Part shown: positions 37,029-48,475 of the stretch, piece after piece
How positions within the stretch are numbered: position 1 is the stretch's first letter
Layout: each line of letters opens with the position of its first letter
NCBI RefSeq assembly: GCF_032062105.1
Contig: NW_026936455.1
Span: 496,001-560,000 of the forward strand
Source: Saccostrea cucullata
Taxonomy: Eukaryota
DNA length: 64,000 nucleotides
Direction: 5' to 3'
Notes under the pieces: generated by a model
The model's database searches: none
What the model was told of the DNA's origin: nothing
Seen by the model: the letters and a program-made list of their open reading frames with translations, nothing else
Position numbers and translations under genes: made by a program

Positions 37029-37960
37029 AAAAGTAACTCTAACGCAAACTCATCTGTTTAAAGAATATTAAAACAACAACAAAAGTAACATGCATGTACT
37101 ATGTACAAAAAAAATTAAAAATATGAATCAATTATATAAAGTCAATAAGAAATGCTCTCAAAAATTATAATAGTAATGGTAAGTCTTAAAAAAATAGTGG
37201 CAAATAAAACTTTGCCATATAAGGAAATAAATTACATCCGCTAATCATGCAGCAAATGTAAAGTCACACAGAGCACCCGGTAATAAGCAGTGCATAAATA
37301 GGACTTAGCACATGCATCGGCACTTTAAAACACACTTTATACATGTAGCTGAGCACATATAGGTCCATGAAAGGTTGTGTTGCACTAAATACAAGCACAG
37401 TCACTGCATGGCTGTGGCGTTGGCATTAAGATTGTAATTTTAATAGCACTATGTATAGTCAGGCATTTGGGTCCACGAAAAGTGTGTGGTAACAAAATAC
37501 AGATACAGTCAGTGCACGGTACTGTGAATGTTGTGGCAGTCAATGTGATTCAGATTCTTTCAAACAATTTGCCCGATACCTGCAAGAAATAAGAAAATTG
37601 TATAATTGTATTAATATTTTCAGAATATGCATACGGTCTAGCATATTTATCAAACATTACGGGTCAAGAAAAAGGAACATAAAGCATCTAAGGGCTGGGG
37701 GATTAGTTGTTATGATCTGGAGAAACACAAAGTATGAAATTTAACACTTTCATGAAGGGACATGTTCCTGCCATGAAAACAACGAGAGAAAAAAACACAA
37801 AAATTAAAGAGTTTCAAATACGGTATGTAATGCAACTTTCTGTTCAAGACTTACAGGGTAGCAGAAATTAAGGCAAAGACTTGCAGAAAGTATAAGGCTT
37901 TTTAATCACATTTAAGATACAGGTTTCCGGTGGATTAACTCACCAAAATCATCCTCCACT

Positions 37961-39729
37961 TTAGTAGACGTAAAAAGAGGAATTCAAGTCTTGTTTCTTG
38001 GAGACTTTGCGGCGCATGGGTCTGTGTTCAAAATTCACTCTAGCCAACCACTCCATCTGTAAGAGAAAAACATCGTAAATTACAGCCAAAAGTTAATTAC
38101 AAGACAAAGAATATAAAAGTTTTCTCTCCAAACTTTATACATATTAATGATTACAAAGTATGTATTAGGTTCGAACAATGTTGAGTGCGGTACGTACCTG
38201 GTGCGTAGGTTGAGGTATGGTGGGTAACTCCCTACGCTCCTCAGACTTGTTGATGGCATGGGTCAACTCATACTAATAAAAAAAATTGAAATATTGTACT
38301 TTTCTGATAAAACAGCGGACCAATTTATAAGACCCACAGAAAAATAATTACATCGTATCTATAAATGTTCTAAATGAGTTTTAACACATTCAGACTCTTA
38401 CCCAGTCTTTAATGTGCTCTTTCCATTCATGAGCAGCAGAAGTAAAGACTTGTTTGCACTGGAGAGGAAGGATAGAAAATATAGAGAGTATTCACTGGAG
38501 AGAGAAGACAGAGGCTATAGATACTTTTGTATCTACCGAAAGGAGAACTTACAGCTGATTTGGCTGCCAGAGCAAGCATCACCTCGTACCACTGACGACT
38601 GTCATCTGAAGAGACATCTATACGGCGCTAAAATGAAAATAAGGAAAGTCATTTATTACAAAAATGAAATTATACATTTGTATATGTGAAATTTTGCTTT
38701 TCTCAACTGCACTGCCAGATCGATAAATACTATTATACATATTAAAATAGTGTACATCAGATTTATATAATTAATTTTATAGTTTACAGTTGAAAATATT
38801 TTTTTTATTTTATTTCAAGGCAAGCAGATTATATCAATTTGAATTCCAAATAAAATATTGCTTGTATCTTGTTATATTCATACATATTTACCTCTGTGTT
38901 TTGAAAACTGACTTATTTCAATACAGTACATTGTTTGTGGTTACCGTATATGCTCGCCTATAAGTCGATTGTATTTTTTTTTTTTGGCATTTATTTTGGA
39001 GGGATTTGCCATTCGCTTATTATCCAATGTTTTAATCTGGTTTCAATCGAAATTTTCTTTCAAAATGACGCCGATGTTTAATCTTAATTCAAAAAAAAAT
39101 TTAGTAAAGCTCACTTAACATAAAAAACCCAAATAAAAATAAATAATTGTACTTTATGCATACTAGTAATCTTAGAATACAAAAATGATTTCATATATAA
39201 AGGCGGGATTATTTGTAAAATAATACCTTTTCGTCGATCGTCCAGAAAAACAATATCAGTATGGTCAAAATGACAGATATTACTAGTATCGCAATTTGAT
39301 GTTTTTGAAATGTTTGGACCGGTTATTTTTTTTTTCTACAGTGAAACTTTTAAATAAGTAAATACCGGTACATGTTTATACTAGTTTTATATATAAAATA
39401 ATATTTAAAAAGCAATTTAGGATTTTATGATCTAAATGAAATAGGACACTGTAATTAATCGCACCCCCCCCTATTTTTTTTAAATTGTCAATGGGGGACA
39501 ACTCAACTTTCGGTCGTCATAGAGTGCCCTCCCCTATGTTTATTTATTGATTTTCGGAAAGCTTGAACAAGTCAACAAACTTTTTCTCAACATATTATAG
39601 GCCTACCGTATGATGTAAGTATGCATTCAAATTAATGTTAACCAAATTAAGTTTAGCAGGAAAAGCAGGCTATTTTGAAAAAAAAGAAAACGAAAAAGAT
39701 TTGCTAGTAATATGTAAGACCTACCGCAT
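37961..39729 (-). pseudogene. Small multi-exon type II membrane-protein gene with an in-frame TAA at codon 6 (pseudogene, null allele or base error)
   Basis: Exons 39729-39725, 39335-39227, 38627-38553, 38458-38402, 38272-38198 and 38056-37961 join in frame: MRKKK*PVQTFQKHQIAILVISVILTILILFFWTIDEKRRIDVSS...LNSSFYVY*. Probable non-coding exons end at 40417 (donor gtaagc) and start at 37579. Confidence 0.55.
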
Positions 39730-41608
39730 TTCCTCTGTTTTGTGTTTTTGTTAAGTTCTATAGCTTTAATCAAATTAATGTAAGGGTTTAGGGTAATGTT
39801 TTACAGTATTCCCTACCCCAACCCCCACACTGATATTACGCCTTCCAGGTCCCTACATATCTATACCTATACACCCTTATATCTTTATCAACACCATAGG
39901 GCATTGATGTGTTTTATTTATATGATTTATGCTGTTTATACGTGTGATCTATTAAATTTGGATATTTTCTTCAAACTTTAGGCCTATCACTAAATTGTTT
40001 TGTTTTAAATGTCAAATTTGAGGAAATGTACAATGTATTAGTACATTGTGCTAGGTAGGCTTCCCTTCGACATCTTTGAAATTTTCGAAGAAATACATCT
40101 GCCCCCCCCCCCCATACAATCACATCAAAAGAAGCATTTAGGTCCAATAAAACTTTATTTCCTAAAGAATTACCCTCTTAGACACACTCTGGCTCTTTCT
40201 CTCGGAAGATCTTTGTCTTTTCATTGTGAAATATGTCGGTTTTATCGCTCTGTGAAAAGCACGTCTACTCGCTACTGATCGAAGTGAGTAACTAACAACA
40301 GTAACCAAAACGCAACGCTACCTAGCAGTTACCAAGCATGACGTCATCACCAAGGACTTCACGTAAAGCTAGGCCCTAAATGCTGACTTAATAAAGTAAA
40401 ATCATTGTTTGCTTACCTCTTGTGTGTTTTTAATCGTTTCAGTATTTTGGAAAAAATAAGTCTCTGTTTATCACCTTCATATTACAAAGTTGATTGAAAT
40501 GTTACGTCATACGGCTGGAAGTATCATAAACTAGTTCCCGCCACAGTAACGTTTTTTTGGCGCCGGGTCAGTTAAATTTCATAACAAAAGTAAAAATTTA
40601 ATTATCTTTACTCTACTAGTGAAAGTATTGCTCACCACTAGTCTCTTAAAGGGAGCTTATAGAAATAAAACCTGAATTTTTGCAATTTATACATCTTTTA
40701 AATTAAGAACTTCAGTCTACTTTAACGTAACAAATCTACACATTATTTGAAATATCGCTGTAAAAATTTGTTATGTAAAATTTGTTATTAGGTTTTTTTG
40801 TCCTAGGATTTCTTATATTTATTAAATTTTATCAATTTTTGTGAAAAAAGTTACTTTAATAAGAATAAATAAGTTTTATTGAACTATGATGCGCGAAATA
40901 TGGCGCAATGAAAACCACAGTTGGCCCCCTTAAATGAAAATTGGGCCGTTGGAAGCACATTTCCGTTTGGTGGGAACCAAACATTTTTAGTTTAGGAAGG
41001 GGATGGGTGGGCAATGCCAAGTAAAGTTTTAAAAGAAAAAAGAAAAAAAAATATTGCGGAGACACGAGCATAAAGTAAAGAAGCTATGTTTTTTTTAAAG
41101 TATCAGCTCACAAAAGTAGTGATTTAGTGCGCAAAAGGAATTCAAAGATTACGTCATAGTAGTATTGCAAAATTCAGATCAAGATTATAGAGTTTCAGTA
41201 TTTATAAATAAACTTATAATCGACATGTTCTGTTTGATTACAAACAGTTTAAAACATAAACAAACTCAGGGATATATACGTTCCAACTTAATTCTTTTAC
41301 CACGACCAGATTATACCGGTATCATACATTCCCATTACCCCAAGTTGATTAATCTAACCGCAACAAAACAGGCACGTGTGCGTGTTTCGGGGGTGGGATG
41401 GGGTTAATAAATCATAAATCAACCAGAAAAGTTATGTTGGGAAAAGAGTGCTGGAAGTTGGAATCCCCTACCCGTCCTCCCCATTTTGATACTAGCCTGT
41501 TTCTATTTTTAATTTTTTTTATCAATTATGATTGTCTGCTGTAGAGTAAAGCGGATGCTCTGGCATACAAAATGCAAGCACATACATGGAGAATCAGATT
41601 GTTGAACT

Positions 41609-41612
<4 letters not shown>

Positions 41613-41675
<63 letters not shown>

Positions 41676-41699
41676 GAGAGAGAGAGAGAGAGAGAGAGA
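41613..41699. repeat. (GA)n microsatellite just upstream of the annexin first exon
   Basis: Direct observation; one gtt interruption. Confidence 0.95.
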
Positions 41700-43419
41700 T
41701 CCGGATCCACCCCTTAAACCTATCACCGCCATCCCACCACGGATTTGAACTCCAATTCATATCATTTTTTCTCAATTGACAAAAAGCTGCTGGGTTTGTT
41801 AAGACATTTTATTATTTATTATAATCTTCTCAATTCGGAATCAGCTAGTTCAACCGTCAAACTTTCTGAGTTCAAGCGTCTGACAAACATCGAGCCAGCA
41901 AGTTCTCTTTCGATCCAAACAAAAACATCATCTGCATTGATTTAGGTAAATTCATAAATTCTGCAAATTATGTTTCATTGAACATGGGCACCCTTTTGAA
42001 AAAATAGAGATAATATCAAAAACCTATCATGTAAATACAGGTATTGCAAAATAAACGTATTTAAATATGAATAGGCGCACAGCGCTAAAAAATAATAGAG
42101 TTGTTTTGCGTTGCTAAGAAGACGCACTTGCAAAGTTGCGTTCTCTTTTCATCATTTCTGTGTAGAGTAAGTGCAAAAAGGTATGTTATTTTCTAAAATA
42201 CTGGTTTTACGAAAATAACTCATGGAAATTTGCATTATTATCATCAGTATTATGTTCATAATTCATTTAACTTAAAGTTTTAATGGTATAAAAATAGGTC
42301 TAATTGAAATTTTCAAAACCAATGACCGTATCAGGATTTAAAATGAAATGTGTTATGAAAGAACTGGTATTGTAAAATAAATTTATCATCATTTTAAATA
42401 TTTAGAATTATAAGTCAATGAGTAAATTACAATATAATATAGCTAGAGGTGGCATAATAGTCAGGGGAACAGATTGGCATGGAGATCTATCATTTCTCCA
42501 TTGTAACAGCAAATTTTACTTGAAAAAGAGGATGCTGTGGTTATTGATCTTTTGGGGGGGGGGCAACAGAGGTTGAAATTAAATGATTATGAAATGATCT
42601 TTTTTTTTAAATTTATCATTTCTCCATTGTAACAGCAAATTTTACAAAAAATCTCTTTCATAGATTAAAAATAAAAGGATTTAATAAAACACAATTGAAA
42701 ATCTGTGTGTTTTGCTAAAACATGTAGTCAAAAACCCAAAAACTAATTTTGCCATAATGGTCCACTTAGTCATGCACATTACTTTTGGGAGAAGGGAGGG
42801 TCTAATTGAAATACACTTGACAAAAATATGAGTGAGCTGAATAAGGATACATGCTAAAGGCTGTAAACTATAGAAGGGTACCATACTATTGTAACTTTTT
42901 ACTGCAGAGTCTAATTAGTAATGAACACCTGGTTAAATAAACGACGTATTGAAGGAAAGGCAAAAATTCCTATATTTAATACCTGACAGTGTGGTATTGT
43001 GTTGTAAAAGGTTCTAATGCCTCATGAAAATCAAAAGGCAGTATGTTCTTTTTGTTCTACTTAAGAAAAATATATGTAGTGAGTTCAGGCTCTAACATTA
43101 AGGTTGCCAAACTAGAGGGCAATAGTGCATGGATGATCATTTTTTATAATTATTATTTTCATTATTATTAGTGCGGGTATTACTGTCTCATGATAGCATC
43201 TAGTTTTAAAATACAGTCACTTGGACATTATAGAGGGCAATATATAAGTAATCCATTGGACTATGTGTTGCGAAAAATAATTTTTCAAATATGTTATGTG
43301 AAGTTATGAAGAATATGAAGTAGTATAAATGAACAAGTTGATCAATTTTTAAACATATCTATACCTTTTTTTTTAACAGAAAGGAAACCTCAATAAGTGG
43401 TACACTAAAGAGTCTGAAA

Positions 43420-46400
43420 ATGGCATACTATGGCGTGAGTTGAACTTAAATGCATATGTATTGCATACTTTTGATACATGACTTGTATAAAATAATTAAA
43501 CAATATGTAGCATCATTGATATGCATGTATATCAAAAATATATTAAGCATTCTTATTGTAAAAGTGATCCAGTATTATGCAATGTAGTAAAATTTATTTT
43601 AGAGCTTTAGGCTGTCAAAATATATGGATTGGTTTTATTGTTACTGGTAAATGAATAAAAGGATTTTATTTTTTTTTTAAATTTCACTAAATACATATCC
43701 TTGCTTGCTTTAATTTTTTTTTGATGATATATTATATTAGTAAATTCTTCATCTGTTGCAGAGTAATTATCCACCCATGCAAAATCCGTATGCAGGCGGA
43801 TACACTTCCTATGGATATGGAGCAAATCCATACCAGCAAGCCCCAGGAGGATTTGGATTTAGTGGATTTGGAATGGTAAGATGGAGAGATACAATAAAAT
43901 TGATTAATTGTGAAAAAATATTAAAATTACTCAAGTTGCTGACATTGTATTGCCTGTAGTTGTGTACATAGTGATACATGTACATAGTGATACAGAAACA
44001 TTTAACTTTATTAATTTATGTGAAATATTAAAACAAGTTGCTGTCCTTTAAAAAAAGGACTACAATACGTGGACCATATGCATGTGTTTCTAACCGAAAT
44101 TTCAATTAATTAAAGAAAATTTCTAAGTTTATTGGATATTCATGTAGGTTCGTTCACATTTTCTACAATGATCTGCCTACTGTGACTGTTTTGGACTATT
44201 TTGATACATATAACCGATAATGGTTGTGACTTTACATATACTAGTATTCTAGATTTATTCAGAAGAGATCTATCATTGGAAAATTAGATCTGATGGTACA
44301 CGTGTAGCACAGCTCTATTGTACGCAGATTTTGTTTTCTGTTTTTTGTTTTCTCCCATCCATCACATGGAAAACTGTTGCTACAGACTTGTATCAAACTG
44401 TATTTGGATTCCTGTATATCAGATTATTTTGCGAGCCTTGATGCACAAAACTAATGCTGTTGGAGACTTGTTCTATCTTTTAAAACCTAGAACCCGTCGT
44501 TGAATGAAGTTTTAAATTCAAGTTGTTAAGTTGTCTTATATAATATATACATGTACTGCAAGTTCTTCCTACTTTTTAGAATGCTTGTGCCATAGAATGA
44601 ATGTTTAGTTATGTGTATACATTAGAAATTTGGAATCCATCAATGAACTCTCAATCGCATCATCTCGGGTCTTTCCGTCAGAGGTCGTAAAGCTAATCGG
44701 AAAAGCCGATTGGTGTAGCGGAATAAGCCGAGCATTGCCAATTGGAACTCTCTAGCATTCTCGCGCATGCGTAGCCTGGCGTATGCCGAGGGCATCCGGT
44801 TTAACCTCGTTTATATATTTACTGCATGGACCTCAGGGTCAACGCAATTAATTGCTGATATTGCATCACATGGTTAGTACATAGTGATATTAGAATTCAG
44901 TTTCAGGGGAAGGGGGGATAGAGAGGGAAGTTAAATACCATGTAAGGATATTTTCTGCTTTCTGCTTTGTTTTGCCATTGGTAGCAAACACCTGTATGTT
45001 ACACACAATCTACATTCATAATGGAAAAGTTAATCTCAGAAATTTTGTAGTAGAACAATTTCATTCATCTTCTGGAACATTTACAGCATTTCATTTATTA
45101 AATCAACTTTCAAATTTTCTTAAAAACTGCTTTGAACATAAGTGTCTTTCTAATACTTTTAAAGAAAGGTAAATCCACAAAGTTTAGGGTTTTTTCTCAG
45201 CTGTAGTATTTTACCAATTGCAGTATGCTAGTTATACATAATTACGGTATGTTAATGATACAATTGAAGTAATGTGTTTAACAATATTTTATTTAATCCT
45301 TCAGCAAATTAATATGCAGGTAAGAGGACTACATTGTATAGAAACTTGAAATCTATTTCTCTTAATTTTTCTTTTCCTAAAAAAAATAGGGTTATATATG
45401 GGTTACCTCATTGCTTTAGACAAAATACAAGTGTATATGTGTTGTGTTTTTCAATCTATTTTTTTTTTACTTTTAACTATATTCTCTATTTTTTTAACAT
45501 TTGTGTTTTTGTATCTGTCTGTTTTCTGTTATCTGTGTTTAGTTAACTTTTTATACTTTCATCTTTTTTGAAGTACAGCACATTGAACAAACTTCAACCA
45601 ATCTTGACCAAAAGTAACATAAATTTTATTGATGAAAAAATGATTAAAAGTTGTTTAATTCCCAACCAACACATCTGACAGGATTATTGAGAGAGAGATA
45701 GAGAAGGGGGTTGGGGGTTGAGTTACAATCATAACTAATAATATGAAAGAAACTGAAATCATTAGATGAAGAATGTCAGATATATACATATTATTGCCTG
45801 AAGAAGCAGTGAATGATATAAGTTTATACATGTCAAGTCCATGTGTGATTTTATGTACACCAATAACATTGACACAAACTTAAAAACCTATTCTTTGTAT
45901 TTTGTGTTTTCATTTACTGAGTATACATTTTACAGACATCTTTAAACTGCAAAAATGCACTCACAATTTGATGTTTGAGTTTTTCTGTGTACCCCAGTAT
46001 ATATACTTTTTTTCTAATAAGCATGACTGTACACATACACAGTTTACAAATATGATATTTAATTCAATTTCATGGTTTAGATAAAAAAAGAAAATAAAGA
46101 TATTTGTTAAAGGATTCTGGTTGTATTATATTGTGATAATGTTTAAAACTGCAGAAATGGAAAAATACTCTTCTAAAACTTCTGTGGGAACTTGGTGATG
46201 CCCATAATCTTTCCTGAAATTCTTATATTTCAACTTAATAATTAAGTTACATGTATTTGAATTCAACATAATAATTATTACAGTATTTCCTTTTAGATAC
46301 ACAAAGAAATAGCAGTCTAATGTAATATTCATGAACTGTTCCTGTGGAGTTCTCAAATATATAAGTTAATGTAACCGTTTTTAACAAAAATGCATTAGCA

Positions 46401-47728
46401 TGACATCATAATGACATCATATATCATTCTGCATCAAATCAAAATGACAGAATGATAACCCAGATCACTGTTTTTGACAGATGGGAATGCCAGCGATGCA
46501 TCAGATGCCCCCGTCTGCCCAAACCGTCGTCATCAACAATAACGTGTGGAACCAGAACCAAGCATTCATGAATGCTGCAGTAAGTCATCTGTCTAATTAA
46601 ATAAAGAAGTAGAAGATTTTTGTTCAATGTTTATAGTTATATTTTTAATAGGGCTTGCAATCGATTAATTTTTAACCTACTTTTGTCAGAACAATTGCAA
46701 GGGGTTGCTATACATATCTAAAGTTAACACTCTATTTAATGAAAACTAGTTTGATTGCTTAAGGATGAGATCGACAAATGTAGTAACAGCACTCAAGCTC
46801 TCTTTTTTTGTTTTCACATTAGTCCATTAATTGTCTCACTAAATCTGTTCCCTCTCTACCAAAAGGCTATTCATATAAGGTTCTTACAGGATTTTCCCTA
46901 AGACCCTTGGGCTTGGAATGTTTCTTGTATTCCCCTTAACCTCCTTTAAGAGGGAGAACCCCATATCCCTTTCTACAAGGCTTTTTTAATATCCCCTTTA
47001 ATTCTTAGGGATGACCCTGATTCCTTCCTCTTCTCAAAATAATTGAAACGGTGTGATAACCTTATATATATTTGATTTTTAACACAAACCAATCAATTGA
47101 AACTTTTTTTAGTACGGTATCTTCAGTTGTAATTGACATCACATATACATTAATTAAATATAGGCCCAGACACTGGGAGGAAGTGAGATGGAGGAGCTGG
47201 TACAGCAGGCTGAGGAGGAGGAAGAGGAGGAAGAAGAGGAGGAGGAGGACGAGGAATTGGAGGAAGAGATTAAAGTCAACAGGAGGAAGAACAAGAAGAA
47301 GGCCAAAAAACAAAAGGTAAAGGGAAAGTTAAACAAGACACTCGTAAAACTAAAGTGCTAAATAAAATACGGAGTTAACAAATAGCAATCAAGCTCAAAG
47401 GTCCATTTAAGCAATGCAAATTGGGAGCAGAGCAAACACAGACCTCTGAAAACAGAAGAGATTGGATCAGGTGCCATGGAGGAGTAAGCATCCCCTGTTG
47501 ACAGGTCACATCCGCTGTGTGCTCCTTGTCATGATTAGGCAAGCAGAAAAATCTGTTGACTATTCACGTTAAAAATGTGCAAAGAATACCTTATTTAGAT
47601 CTACTTAAACTGGTTCTATACTAATGTTCTTAGTGTCACATTATACCTGGACTTCATTGTATTAAAGAAATCAGAATATTGGTCCATCTTAGCTATTCTG
47701 ATACTTTAATTTCATTCAGTTTTAACTT

Positions 47729-47780
<52 letters not shown>

Positions 47781-47831
47781 TGTCGTTGTCATCGTCGTCA
47801 TCGTAAAACTTTTCACATTTTCAACTTCTCC

Positions 47832-47862
<31 letters not shown>

Positions 47863-47874
47863 CTGCCACAAAGT

Positions 47875-47920
<46 letters not shown>

Positions 47921-48441
47921 CCCTTTTCCAAGGGGAGATAATCATGAATTAGAGAGAAATTAATGGCATTTTTAAAAAATCTGCTTCTCAAGAACCACTG
48001 GGCCAGGAAAGATGAAACTTTTGTGGAATCATCCTCAGGTAGTGTAGATTCAAGTTTATTCAAATCATGACCCCCGGGGGTAGGGTGGGGCCAAAATGGC
48101 CGATCAAAGTTTTACATAGGAATATATAGGAAAAATCTTTAAAAATCTTCTTCTCAAAAACCACTGGGCCAGGAAAAATGAAACTCATGTGGAATCATCC
48201 TCAGGTAGTGTAGATTCAATTTTGTTCAAATCATGACCCCCAGGCGTAGGGTGGGGCCAAAATGGCCGATCAAAGTTTTACATAGGAATATACAGTAAAA
48301 CTTGGTTATAACAAAGTCACTGGGACCTATGAAATTACTTCGCTATATCCGTAATTCGTTATAACCGTATAAGAAATTCATTAAATATATAGCTGGGGAT
48401 CCAAGATGACTTCGCTATATCCGGAATATATAGGAAAAATC

Positions 48442-48475
<34 letters not shown>

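Noticed and set aside
39780-39830. ttaggg/ccctaccccaacccc as telomeric repeat or telomerase template
   Set aside because: Only one or two imperfect units with no supporting structure.
41509-41775. SLSLSL ORFs
   Set aside because: Translations of the (GA)n microsatellite.
47062-47336. Poly-Arg, poly-Leu and poly-Ser ORFs
   Set aside because: They are alternative frames of the annexin poly-Glu exon 47164-47316.
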